In this document: piece by piece, positions 38,946 to 51,378 of the stretch
Layout of the letters: every line of letters begins with the position of its first letter
Position numbering within the stretch: position 1 is the first letter of the stretch
Assembly: GCF_009834535.1 (NCBI RefSeq)
Contig: NC_045698.1
Span: 11,100,001-11,164,000 of the forward strand
Source: Camelus ferus
Lineage: Eukaryota
DNA: 64,000 nucleotides
Direction of reading: 5' to 3'
Translations under genes and position numbers: made by a program
The notes under the pieces: generated by a model
Databases searched by the model: none
Told to the model about the DNA's origin: nothing
Seen by the model: the letters and a program-made list of their open reading frames with translations, nothing else

Positions 38946-39559
38946 CTTTTTTCTTTTTCAAGAAAGTCACACTGAATTCCAGGAAAGTTTTATATTATCC
39001 ATAGTTAAGAGAGAAAATGTGCTGCAATATTCCTTGGCTATTGTGCAGCTTTTCTACATGACATAAGATTTTGGCTTTTAATACAGACTAAGTCTTGATA
39101 AAGACATTGACAATACAATTTCTTCATGTTGAACGAATGTATATTATTCATACATGCAATAGTGTATTTAAATGTGATGGAAACTGAATAGAGTGGCATT
39201 TTCAGGGGCGAGTAGTGTTGGGAAATTTTGCTTTTTGTTCATTTATTTTCTACACAATTTAAAATTTCCCATTTAAGCATCAGTGTATTTTAATACAGTT
39301 TTTTTAACTATTATGGATGGAAATATTATTACATTTACGTATTTTTTTCTTCCTTCTTAAGTGAACAAAGTGTGTTATCTCCTAGGTGTGCAGTTGGCTT
39401 TAAGTAACAGTTTTTATCCTTCCATTAAAGGTAGGCAGTTGCTGCTGTTGCCCCAGGGGTTCTGTGTATGTAGGACTCCTGGTCACTGTCGTTACAATTC
39501 TCTTGGTATTTCTCTGAAGTTCACAAGTTGGCTACCACCGTTTCCAGTAACAGTGGAGT

Positions 39560-39810
39560 TGAAAGTGGGAAGGAGAGAGAAGAAATAGTGGCAGAGCTAT
39601 CGCTGAATTTTATTCACTAGCAAAATTTATTCCAGGTGCTCCTAGTGAATTTTGCTTATATTTCTTTGGCCAAGACAAGGCCATATGGCCATTCTTAACT
39701 ACTGGGGGTTCTGGAAAAACAAGTATTTAACTTTTGACCTAAAGAGAAGAGGAAGGCGATGGAGAAGGAGGGGGGGGATGTGGGTTGTGTGAGCCAGCCA
39801 AAGTGCATGA
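39560..39810 (-). mobile_element. MLT1 (K/L-like) LTR fragment
   Basis: 'ttatatttctttggccaagacaaggccatatggcc...ctggaaaaacaagtattt'. Confidence 0.5.
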
Positions 39811-39899
39811 CGTGTAACGGTTATGTGTATTATTTGTTGAGCCATAAAGTGTTATCTTCAGGGGCTACTAAAGAATGCTGTTACATGCACGTTCAGCAA

Positions 39900-40290
39900 T
39901 ATCACTGCTCCCTCTTCCACAGTGTGGGTGTGGCTAGGGACAGTAGGCTGGCCAGGGGTTACATTTTCCAGACTCCTTCGTACCCAGATGAGGCCATTGA
40001 ACTTGTTCTCTCATCAGTGGGATGTCAGCAGGTGTGATGGGGTATGACTCTCCACTTACCCTTTGTGCCTTCCGCCAGCTGCATGTGGACGATGTTGTGA
40101 TTGGCAGATTTATAAGATAGAAGCCTGGATCCCTGAGTCACCATATGGAGAATAATCTCCAGTGGACTACTTACATGGGCTTAGATTATTTTATAAGTGA
40201 TAAATAAATTTCTCTTGTATTAAGGCAAATCACTAAACTTTGGAGGTTTATTTATTACAGGTGCTAGTATTATCTTACCTAAGACAATAC
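39900..40290 (+). mobile_element. MLT1 (I/J-like) LTR
   Basis: 'gaagcctggatccctgagtcaccatatggag...aaataaatttctcttgtattaag...tttattacag'. Confidence 0.7.
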
Positions 40291-42464
40291 CCCATGCTTA
40301 TATCACCCTAGATTTCTTGTTTCTTGTTTCTATTTTTTCTTTATTCAGTTTTCCCATTTTCCCTTTATTTTTCTCATTACCTTACTTTTAAGTAGCTGTA
40401 ACTTTTTTTTTTTGTAGTTTGTGAAATATGTTGAGCAATACTCCTTCTAATGCCTTGCTTCTAGTTTTCTGTGTTCTAAGAAACCAGATAAATATGTTAG
40501 GACTCTGAATGAATGCTATACCTCTCTGAGCTAATAAGCACAGGAACTTTGTGATGCTGGTTTAGGGTATTATGGGGTCTCAGGTGATTTGCCTCCTGGT
40601 ATAGGACAGGTGCCTGATGAAGGACAAAGAGATAGGGAATTGCATGTTAAGTGTACAATCAAGGGTAAGGTACAATGGTTGGGCACAGTAAGTGAATATT
40701 GTAATATTTTGAATTAAAGCAAATGGCTACTTTGTTTCCCAGATCTGTAAAGGGAATTTTTGTGAGCAGATGGAGTTTCAAGGGTCCTATATAAAGTGTT
40801 TATTCTATTAAGCTATTTATTTTATACTTCTTAAAAATGTCTAAATTATTTATCTAAACTATCTAGCCATCAATCATTACGGCTATGTTGAAGATTCATG
40901 TTGCATAATGAATAATGAATACTTTTTTTGAAAAATAATTAAATTTCAAAAGATTTCAAAAGATGTTTCACTCTTTTGAAGTGAAACACATAGTAATCTC
41001 CACTGAAAGCCAGGCTTGGTCCAAAATGAGGCTGGCATGTGATGGCATGATATTGGTGGCAGAAAGCAGTGAGAAATACCATAGGCTTTGCAAATATCTC
41101 TTGGTTCCAGTCTTGCTGTGCATCATTTTAAGATTTATTCAACTTTTCTGAGCCTCAGTATACCCATCAATAAAGCTGAGTCTAGAAGCACTGCCTAAGT
41201 GATGAACACTAGGTAAGACATGCAAAACATTTAATTCAAAACAGTGCAGTGTCAATAATGAAATAAAATTAATGTGTGCTCTTTTTTTCTTCTCTAATTT
41301 CACAAATTAGGTAGTAATATATTAAATGTTCTGGGGAGGAGATGATAATCATTTTTCTGTCTGATACAAATATTTGGTTTTTTAACATATTAACTACAAA
41401 ACAGTATTTCCTGTTTTAGATAACACACACATTGTAATACAAATCTACTCTTGAACTGACTTGTCATCTTCTACCATAATTGCTGTAACAGAATATGCAA
41501 ATCTAACTATATCCTGAACTACAAAAATAACTAATGATGAGCAGGTGATTCAGATTTTGGAAGGCAACCCAGTATGTCCAAGGGGGAAAAAAGTCAACAT
41601 AAATGTGAATAAACTATGGTTTGGTTCATTTTTTTCCTTTTAAAAACTGATACTTATTATGTACATTTTTAGTATTTTTTTTTTAAATCAGAGAGTCCAG
41701 CTTTGAATGATCTCCAAAATGAGTTTCATGGGAGAGTTCATTGTGTCTACAGTATTTCCCAGGGAAACCTATGGCAATGATGTGCTCCTCTGTACACCTG
41801 GCAACCAACGGTCTGGCTGAAGGAAAGAGCTGCACTGACTGGTTCCTCGCACTCTGGCTCCAAGGGGCTCTGGAAGCCTGTCTATTCCCAGTGCCAAATA
41901 CAGAAAATTAACCTGAACCTCGGAGGCTCTGCCCCTAGAGAAAATGGGCTCCTAAGGTGTTGTAAATCAAACTGGTGTTTGAATCTAATATTCTAAAAAT
42001 TTACTACTAGAGAAGAATATGTTCCCATTACTCAGAGTGTGGATATATTTATTAAAGTAGCTGAAAGTTAGTTGAGTTATTGAGTCATTGAGTTAGCCAC
42101 TGAAAAATAGAAACACAAATGTGAATATCAATTCAAACTTAGATTTTTCTACTTTTATGTTTTCCTGTTTGCATCAGGTTCACACAGGACAAAATAACTG
42201 GACAATTTAATTTAGCAATAGGACAATTCCTTTCATCAGTGGAGCCTTTAATTCTGATACCCCCAAATTCAAGGTTAGGCTGCTGTGCCTAAATCAGTGC
42301 TGAGTAGACACAGATGTAAATCTGATAAACACTAAGGAATCAGTGATCATGAAGACTTTTGCTTTCCCATGGGACTCTATGTGTAAGAAGAGGAACTGGA
42401 AGGTGTTGTAAATGACAATATGGAAAGAATATGTAGAAATAGGTCTTGTTGTGGGAAGAGAGCT

Positions 42465-42775
42465 TCTTTTTTCAAGTTACACTTGTAATTTTGAGATATT
42501 TGTAGTTTTACATGCATTTGTAAGAAATAATACAGAGGTATCCCATTTACCACCTAACGTAGCTTCCTCCAATGATAAAATCTTGCGAACTGTAGTACAA
42601 TATCCCAGCCAAGATAATGACATGGCTACAGCCAAGATACAGAACATTTCCATCACCATGACAATCTCTCTTGTTGTCCTTTTATAACCACATGCACTTC
42701 CATTCAGAACCCACCTTAACCCGTTCAGCCATGAACCTGATCACCATCTTTATAAATTTATCATTTCAAGGATTT
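42465..42775 (-). mobile_element. L1MC-like 3' end
   Basis: 'gtaagaaataatacagagg...aactgtagtacaatatcccagcc...caagatacagaacatttccatcacc'. Confidence 0.8.
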
Positions 42776-42939
42776 GGGAAGTTTTTAGCCTGCCTTTCTT
42801 TCTTTCTTTCCTTCCTTCCTTCCTTTTTGTTTCTGTAATTGAATGAAAGATTTTAAAAATTCAACAGTGTTTTATAATTTTCAGAAGTTTCATACATATG
42901 ATTTCATATAATCCCGTAATAATCCTTTTTTTAAAAAAA

Positions 42940-43271
42940 ATCCCCTGTCCCTGTACTTCCCATCCCTGCTTCCCTCTCCCTGCTGGTAACCACTAGTTTT
43001 TTCTCTAGATCCATGAGTCAGCTTCTTTTTTGTTTTATTCACTAGATTGTTGTATTTTTTAGATTCCACATATAAGTGATATCATACAGTATTTGTCTTT
43101 CTCTGTCTGAATTATTTCACTTAGCATAATGCCCTTCAAGTCCATCTATGTTGCTGCAAATGGCAAATTTTCATTATTTTTCACAGCTGAGTAATATTCC
43201 ATTGTATATATATACTACATCTTTTTTATCCATTCATCTGTTGATAGACACTTAGGTTGTGTCCATACCTT
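42940..43271 (-). mobile_element. Cetartiodactyl-type L1 3' UTR fragment
   Basis: 'ggtaaccactagttt', 'agattccacatataagtgatatcatacagtatttgtctttctctgtctga'. Confidence 0.85.
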
Positions 43272-44100
43272 TAGCCATTATTTCTTCAAATACTTCAGTT
43301 TTTCCTTCTTTCCCCTCTCCACGGGAGAGTCTGAAGACACAAATATTAAATCTTTGATTATATTCCCAACAATCCTTAAGGCTCTGTCATTTTTTTCAGT
43401 CTATTGTCTCCTTATTCAGATTGGGTAATGTCTATTGTTCTGTCTAACAATTCACTGACTCTCTCCTCTGCCTCTTCCATCCAGCTGTTCAGCCCATCCA
43501 CTGAGCTTTTCTATTTCAGTTACTGTATTTTTCAGTTCTGAATTTCTCACTTGGTTCTTCTTCATATCTTCTCCTTCTTTGCTGAGGCTTTCTGTTTTTT
43601 CATTTATTATAAGCATTTTTGTAATTGCTCATTGAAGTACTTTTTCCCATGGCTTTAAAATTATTGTCAGATAATTCTAATATCTCTGTCATCTTGGTGT
43701 TGACATCTGTTGTCTTTTTTCATTCTGTTTGAAACCTTCCTGGTTCTTGGTATGATGAAGGATTTTCCATTGAAACCTGGACATTTTCAGATAATATTAT
43801 GAGCCTGAGTCTGACTTAAACCTTCTGTCTCAACTATGCCACCTTGTACCCATCAGGTGGAAGTGGCAGTTCAGGTCCCCATTCAACTGCTATTGACACT
43901 GAAGGTAAGGGGGCTCCTTCTTACTGCTGGTGGGGAGAGAGTCCTGGTTCCCCATCTGGACCACCCCATGTGGTCCCCCACTGACACTGTGGTGGGCTTG
44001 GCCCTGTGACTCCTGGATGAAGGTAGAAGTCCTGACTCTCCCCTGATTTCACTTTAGGAGGGGGGAGAGGCACTTGCTACTCCCACACTGCCAGGGACAC
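43272..44100 (-). mobile_element. Ancient L1 ORF1/5' region
   Basis: Same family text as 1-900 (e.g. 'tgtcagataattctaatatctctgtcatcttggtgttgacatctg'). Confidence 0.7.
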
Positions 44101-47100
44101 CTGTGTGTCTGATTGGGTGAGCCTCATAATGGGTCCCCACCTAACCAGGAAGTCCACCACCACCACCACCACCATAACTGACAAGCTCCCACAGGAAGCC
44201 CACAGTTGGAATATGAGTGAAAGTTTCCCAAAGGACAGGAACTGGTGCTCTCAGAGCAAAAAAGGAAAAGGTACTGGGTGCAGGGGAAAAACAGTGCCTG
44301 GTACATTATTATTAAGTTTTGGGATGACTTAGAATGCTTACTTTTAAATATTTCCAGTGATTGTGGCCTCTTAAAAAAGGCAGAGGGAGAGAAAGTGGAA
44401 CAACATTTAAATTATTTTCTCTCTTTGTTCAACGTTCGTTCCTTCTCCAAGTTTTACTGAGTGACCACGTTGTGTTAGGAACTGTGCTAGCTATTGGGAA
44501 CCCACTGGTGAAAACCCGCCATTCTTTTCACAAGACACTTACAGATCCATATTGAAAGTTGTGGGATTAGGTTTGGCAGCTGGGAGAAAAGACTGGAATG
44601 TTTCGTTAACATCATATATTTGTATAATATCTTACTTTTGAAATTCAAAACATATACACACCTGAGTACACCTGCATTTTATACAGAAGTAGTGCTTTTC
44701 TTTCATTTTGCTTAACTACTTTTTTTTCTCTGAGATTTTACAGTGACTATGACAACATGTATTTATAATCAGAAGGATGTTAAAAACCATTTTTTCCTGT
44801 TTTGTTTTACTGGAATTTCTTAAATTGTATTGTCTCTATTCTGCTTTAGGGCAGGCAATAGAGCCTTGAAAATATATACAGGTTTTAATTTCAAAGGATA
44901 TAAATGTAGTCACTACAACTTACTTTGCACTGTTAGCTTTGCTGTGCTATTAAAGATCCCGGAAGGTGACTGAACCAAAAGGGAGGACAGTGACTCGAGA
45001 TGCATGATGGCCAGGTCAAGAGGGTCAGTGGAGTAGGGGAGGAGAGGGCCTGAACCTGACTCCATCTGCCACTGACCACGTGACTCGAGACACTGAAACT
45101 TTATGAGTTTCAGTTTCTTCTCCTGTCAGTTTCTCAATTTGTAGACCTCAAAAGAGGAACTGATGACCAGGGAGATAACTGCCTAGAAAAAAGCAAGTTG
45201 TCCACTCAACAGCAAATATCAAGACGAGAGTTCATCATTCCATCACTTCACAGAGGGTTAATCTTCAACTGTGTCTCTAAAACGATCTGATCCACGATTA
45301 GAATCAGAGCCATTCCATCAGTGGTGATGGAAAATCACAAGGCCCAGGTGAGCAGAAACCCATTTTGGATGAAGATAATGTACACATCTGTTCATTTCTA
45401 GATTGGGTTTATATTTTCAGGTGGTGTCTCTGAAAACCCATTTAACTCTTCCATATTTTTGACATTCTACCCTTATTTCCTATTTAGGGTCCATGACACA
45501 AGTTTTTAATTTAACTTGGCAGGCCTGGGAAACACATATCATTGGCCAGGCAGTGTGCTAGATTATATATATGAAAAGATGAATTGAAATACAGTTTTAA
45601 TCTGTTTGGACTGGGACAGTTGATATGTTATTAGTAGAACACAAATCTATTTAATCCTGTCCTTGAAAATAGGTAATTTATTATTTTTCTTTCAATACAT
45701 GATCTCTCCAGAACAATAAATCTAATTTTTAAAATTTTGAAACATGGTATTTTATCTCTAAGAAAATTGTACTAAATTAAGGGAGACTACCCAGATAGAA
45801 TCTACAGAAGGTCAAGTCACTAAAAATTTTTGCATGTGGTCCCAAGCCTTTCAAGAAATAGATAATTATACAAATACTGGATCTCCATTCCGGTAAGATA
45901 TATGTGTGTGTGTGTGTCTGTGTGTGTGTGTGTATATATGTTTTAATTTGAAACATATGACACCCAAAAGGGGAAACTGTGCTGTGTTCTTGCCTCCATA
46001 CAAAGTAATTTGCTCTGTGAATGCCCTGGTCTTTACTAAGATGCAATGTTTTAAAATTCTAGGTATTTATATGGAAAGAGAATAAAACATTAAGAAGAAT
46101 TTCCTTTTTCCATTTAAAGGAGGGACCACCAAAGGGCCATTTTAAGACTCTAGAAGTGTCACATAAATCTCCAAAAGAGGTTTGTAATGTATTAAACAAA
46201 GGGTAACGCCAACCACAAGGAAAAAAAAAAAATCAGAAACGGGGAGAAAATACACTTCCTGGCTCGGAAGCTCTTAAAAGTTCTGAGCCAGGAAACCTCC
46301 CGCACCGGGGCGTGGAATGTCTTTGGCTCTGCAGTGACTCCCTGCTAGGTTCCCCTCAATTTTTCCCTCCCTCTCTCCTCCATTCCCAGCCACAGTTCCC
46401 TAACGTGGGTGCCACAGGAGGATGCCAGCACACGTACCTGAAATTGTCCGGCAGAATCAGCCTCTGTTGCAAGTTAATTTTAAATGTCCCCACACTTAAA
46501 ACAGGCCGTATTTGCAGGCCAACCCAAGGGATTTCAAACGACGCCTGGAAGCTCATCGTACTAATTAGGGGCTCAGCCTATAAAAGAACAATAGTAAAAC
46601 AGAACCAAGGACACGTTCCTCCGCTCAAAGCGGTTCGCTGGTGGCGCGCAGGGCCTGCGCCGAGGCTGGGTCTGGGAGCCGGAGCCCCGAAAAGGCGCGC
46701 TGCCCCTTTAAAAGGCCGCGCATCTCCGGGCCGGCCTTCCTCCCCGGGGCTCCAGCTGTGATTGACGCTGGGCGGCGAGAGGAGGCGCCTGGCGCTAACA
46801 AAAGTCCGGCCCGTGGGCGAGCGGCGCCGGGCCTCGAGTCTCTGCTGGCTCTGGGCGCCCGCAACAAGTGGCCGCCGCGCTCCCTCCCCGGGGAAGCCGC
46901 GGGTGCGCAGGGGCGCCCGGAGGAGGCAGCGGAGCCCGGGAGCCTCGGCCGCCCGCGCGGCTCAGCGCCCACCTCCGGGGGATCGGGGCGGGCGGATGGG
47001 GACCCGGCGGCGGCGGCGCGGCGAGCCTCTGGGCGGCCCCGGGGCGCGGGCTCTCCGCGGCGCTGCGCCCTCTGGCCCCGAAGGCGGATTCTAAGGGCGG

Positions 47101-47216
47101 CGGCCGCTCCCGGCCCCACCCGGCGCCATCGGGGGTGCCCGGAGGGGACGGAGAGCCCCCACCCACCCGAGTGCAGGGGCCGCCCCCGGTCGGAGATCGG
47201 TCCCGGAGCGTGGGGT

Positions 47217-47228
47217 ATGCGCAGCTAA
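47217..47228 (+). other. uORF1 (MRS*) in the putative FBXL7 5' UTR
   Basis: ATG CGC AGC TAA. Confidence 0.55.
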
Positions 47229-47284
47229 CGGTCCCGTCGGGCGGGCTTTCCTCTGGCGGAGCGCACAGGCGGTGCGCCCCAGCT

Positions 47285-47314
47285 ATGGAGTGTCCCGGGA
47301 GACGGCGGGCATGA
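47285..47314 (+). other. uORF2 (MECPGRRRA*) in the putative FBXL7 5' UTR
   Basis: gctATGG (purine at -3, G at +4). Its TGA ends 10 nt before the main ATG. Confidence 0.6.
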
Positions 47315-47324
47315 CGGCGGCAGG

Positions 47325-47361
47325 ATGGGCGCGAACAATGGCAAACAGTACGGCAGTGAGG
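47325..47361 (+). CDS. FBXL7: F-box/LRR-repeat protein 7, coding part of exon 1 (37 nt, phase-1 intron)
   Basis: aggATGG Kozak context. Translates MGANNGKQYGSE+G, the N-terminus of mammalian FBXL7 as I recall it, immediately followed by donor G|GTGAGT, inside a CpG island. Confidence 0.93.
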
Positions 47362-49934
47362 GTGAGTGGGCCGCCCGTCCTAACACTCCCGAGTCGCGTC
47401 CCCCTCCCTTCCCCTCGCCCTCCCATCTGGGAAGGAAGGTTCTCGCACGCTGCCGAGGCGCACCCCTGTTTGGGCACCCGATCTGGGCCGTCACCTTCCC
47501 CTTTGGCACTGCCCGCTCCGGCGCCCCTGAGGATGCTGTCCCACCGCGGGGGTCTCTAAGCAACTTCTCAGGTTGTCTTTAGGATGGCTCGAGTCGCATT
47601 TCTGCCATGTGTCTGAACCCATGTGCCCCAACTTTCCTTCCCTGAGCATCTGGGGTTTAGGGTGATGGTTTGGCAGATGGCGGAAGACGTTTTTCAAAAA
47701 CAACGCAGTGAAAACTTTCCCAGGCCTTTGTGCACCAGTCCCCTGGACTTTCCTGTAGCAGGAAAAACTTCTGGAAGAAGTTAAGTTTCCATTCTCTGCT
47801 CCCTGCCCCCGAGCTGACAGCTTCGTGAAGCTGACCACCTATGGTCGTGCAAGGCGAGGGGTGGCTGGGGGCTTTGTCTGGGCCCTCTCGGGGCTGGAAA
47901 CGGGCAAAGGACCATCTGTTACGTGGGGCTGGAAATTGCACAGAAATATTGCCTGTCAAGTGGGAACTTGGAAGTTGGGGAAACTTTAAACTCCACCCAC
48001 TGCTAAAGGATGATGGATGTGTGGGTTGGCTTCTCCCTCGCCCCTCCTCCCCCTCTTTGCATAAAACCTTAGTGTTGTAACCCAGTTGATTAACGGCATG
48101 CCCCTGATATGCATACGGCAAAGGCATTTCCCGCAGTTCAAAAGTTAGGAAGGTTTGTCTTTCGTGAACTTGGCTGGAGGGGAGTGCAAGAGACAGGGTC
48201 GGTTTTTACAGTCCGCCCCCAGAGGACCGGCGGTTAGAAACGGGGTCCAGCGCCTGCAGACTGGTAGGAATGCAGAATGGCTATTCAGCATGTGGTGGTA
48301 GGGAAACTCCTATCACCCTGTGCAAAACTTTGAGCTGTGGCCGCAGAATGTGGATGCCTCTCCCGTTGTTTGTGTCTGTGTTCCTTCTCAGCAGCTTTGT
48401 GAAATTACAGCAGAAACCGACCCTAAAAAACCGTATCCACAAGAACCTTTTGTTTAAATCATTCTTTTCTAGATCATCATGTTTTGAATTCCACGTATAT
48501 ATGAAATATATATATCTTTCCTGGGTAGTTATATGAGAGAGTTTTTTCGTCTGACAATTTCATTTAGAAGAAGTTAAAAGGTTGTCTTTTTAGATAGCAG
48601 ACGTGAAATTTTGCCAGAAAAGATTATTGGAGAATCTTGGCCACCCCCCAAAAACGTCTTGAAGTTAATGTTTTAAAAATTTGTGGAAAAATGAGAGATT
48701 AAGCCTTCTTACTCTGAGTTATTAAAAAGCTTTCAGGGAGTGAGGTGTGTGCTTGTCAGTTCTGAGTGTGCATACATTATGATACTTCAACACTGGTTGG
48801 GGAGGTGGGGACGGACACCCCAGGAGGAACACAGAGCCTCTGCTCTGTGTTCTCCAACAAAGCCCCTCACACTCTTCCTAATCCTCTGCACCTTGTCCTC
48901 CTATCCCAGCCGTCTCCTGTTGTACCGTGTGTGGTGTATGACGACTTCCTGTCTGAACAGCAGAGTTTTCAACCCTTGGGAGAGAAAAGGAGAGACAGAG
49001 AACTAATGTTCTCCAGCTGTTATCCGTAAATGCTACCTCTGCGTTTTCACTTCAGCCAAAGTGAAATTTTACTGGGATCGGATTTAGATACACTGTGGAC
49101 TTTTCATAGGGAAAACCTCTTGGGCTCAGCTGATTCAAGGCGACCAATAGGAAGTTTTGGGAGGTAACTGACTTTTGGCTGGAGGGATACATTGTGTTCA
49201 ACATTAATCAACTTTCTTGAAATGAATGGAGATTCCTGTGTAACAGGTGGGGGCAGGTAATAGAGAAATAGAAATAACAAGAGCTTTTCAAAAATCTTTT
49301 CTCCTCCTAGTTACACTTGACCTCTCCTAATATATGTCATTATTATATAATATATATAATATATTATATGATCATGATATGTGTGTGATTGCATATGGTC
49401 AGCTTTGTTACACTGTGCTGTCGGGTGGCAGAAACTATGCACAGAAGCCTGTTGGTATTAGGTGTGTTAGTGTCATCTTTCTTATCTAAAATGTCAAATT
49501 TCAAAGAAACTGAAAGCAACTCCTAGAACACACAGGATTTCTGTTACCAAAAGAGACTGGAAATTAAGACAGTTTTATAGATTTAGTGCAATTTAGGTGT
49601 GGTATATTTCAAACATAAGGGAGAAATTATCAATAGAGTGTATATCCACAGCATTGCTCAGTGAGCGATCCCTCAACTATGAAACATTGGTGTATGCTTT
49701 AAAGCTCTGCACCTTAAATATATTTTATTTACTAGTGGAATTGACACCACCATGCAAATGACAGTTAAATTTTATACATATTGTTGTGAATTATTAGAAC
49801 TTTTAAAACTATAGTGTTTGATCAGGTAATCTCACTTTCTCCTGCTCCTGGAAAATATCTTTTTAATTAAAAAAAAAATTATTCCCAAAACTTACCTTAG
49901 CAGGTGCAAGGGGACAGAAGCTTCCTGCTTCTCT

Positions 49935-50000
49935 GTAATCCCAGGACCAGGGGCATCAGTATTACCTGGGAGCTTGTTGGAAATGCAGAATCTGAATCGT
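49935..50000. mobile_element. MER5A-like hAT-Charlie fragment
   Basis: 'gcatcagtattacctgggagcttgttggaaatgcagaatct'. Confidence 0.7.
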
Positions 50001-51134
50001 TTATCACATGCATATTATATTAAAACTTAAGGCAGTTCTTCTGTTGATTTGGGAGTCTGGAAATTTGATTCCAGCTTCAGCTTAGCCACTGTGACCTTGC
50101 TCAATTGCCCCCAAATCTTGAGGTCTTTCTTGTCTAGAGTGAGTAGGGAAATTTTTTATTGGCGTTATTTGTCCTGATGTAATCCTTGATCATGTTATCA
50201 TTCATTTTATTTTGTTCTTATAATGCCTGAATGGACCACTTAACAGAGATTAGCCTTGGGAAGACATGTTACGATAAATAAGGAAGTTAAGACTCTTATT
50301 GTGCCCAAATCAGTCAGTTCCTCTCTTCCTTTTGTCATCCCTTTTATCCCTCATCTCTGTCTTCCTCACTCATTCCCACTTCTTCTCTTAACTCAATCAG
50401 TCCTGAAATCTCTGCTTTTCTCCTGAGATTGAAGGAATGTGTATATCAATATTGGTCATTTCCAGTGTTTTGTTTTCCTAAATACTTAGTGAACATTCAA
50501 GTTAATGATTTAATTTTCAGCCTTTAGGCAGACTCAGTTTTGGCTCCAGGAAAAAGTTACCATCCCATCCCTGATCCTTAGCTTTCTAGAAACATAAGCG
50601 AATGTCTAAATGATTAGTATGTTCTGGGAAATTCTTTTATGGAAGGCTGACTTTTCTCTTTATCTTTTTTCATATAGTGTAAGTTACAGCCCATGCATAG
50701 AAATCTGGAGAATGAGTTGGGGGTGATTCAAAGCCATTAGAACCATTAGCTTTGACTCCAGTTAAGCCAAATAAACAAATCTCTCTCTTCAAGTAGGAGG
50801 AGAGGAGCTGCTTTTCCTGCCTTTTAAGGTTTCCAGCCTCACCCTCACTTACTCAGTGGTTTCATTGTTAATGTTTATTCTGCTGCAGCGGGGCTGAGTC
50901 TGTCATCCTCACACTGTTAACAGCTCCTTTGTAAAACCCTGCGTGTTGTTGAATTGGAGCTGATGAGGGCTTCCTGATGAGGCTTGACCCTTGGTCGCTC
51001 TGCTGCTCTGTCAAACGCCCTGGGTCCCTTTCCATCTTCTCAGACCTGGGCTCTTCAGATATGGGGAGAGAAAGTTGCTGGGGAGCATAAATCCTCACAC
51101 ATCTATCACCAGTTCGGGAAACATAGTTTGATGT

Positions 51135-51378
51135 AGTGATAACGATGGCAGGTAACATTGATTGAGCGCTGACTTTGTCTAAGTAGGATCCTAAACCCTT
51201 CATGCACACTGACTCTCGTAATTCTTACGACAGCCCCGCGATGGGACAGGCATTCCTATGTCTCCATTTTACCAATAAGGAAACCCAGGTGCAGAGAGGA
51301 TGATCATTTCCCCAAAGTCTTTTACAGCTGGTATAGCTGGAACTGGAACTCAGGACCAAGTCTGTCTAAGTCCAGAGT
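51135..51378 (-). mobile_element. MIR SINE
   Basis: 'ccattttaccaataaggaaacccaggtgcagagagg...cccaaagtc...gtctgtctaagtccagag'. Confidence 0.75.

Larger units (their letters stand above)
46500..47560 (+). promoter_or_regulatory. FBXL7: CpG-island promoter and 5' UTR of FBXL7
   Basis: Very high GC/CpG density spanning the first coding exon, with GC boxes and TATAAAAG at 46579-46586. The exact TSS cannot be determined from sequence. Confidence 0.85.

Noticed and set aside
43272..44100. Segmental duplication with 1-900
   Set aside because: Similarity is limited to the L1 5'/ORF1 family sequence and is highly diverged, indicating independent copies.
46579..46586. TATAAAAG as the FBXL7 core promoter
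   Set aside because: It lies about 750 bp upstream of the ATG at the island edge. It cannot be tied to a TSS without CAGE data, so it is not listed as a separate feature.
46312..47563. Multiple long overlapping ORFs (110-195 aa) on both strands
   Set aside because: Ala/Arg/Pro/Gly-rich products expected from stop-poor CpG-island DNA. Only the 37-nt FBXL7 exon has a recognisable peptide and splice donor. The 85-aa ORF at 47325 simply reads into the intron.
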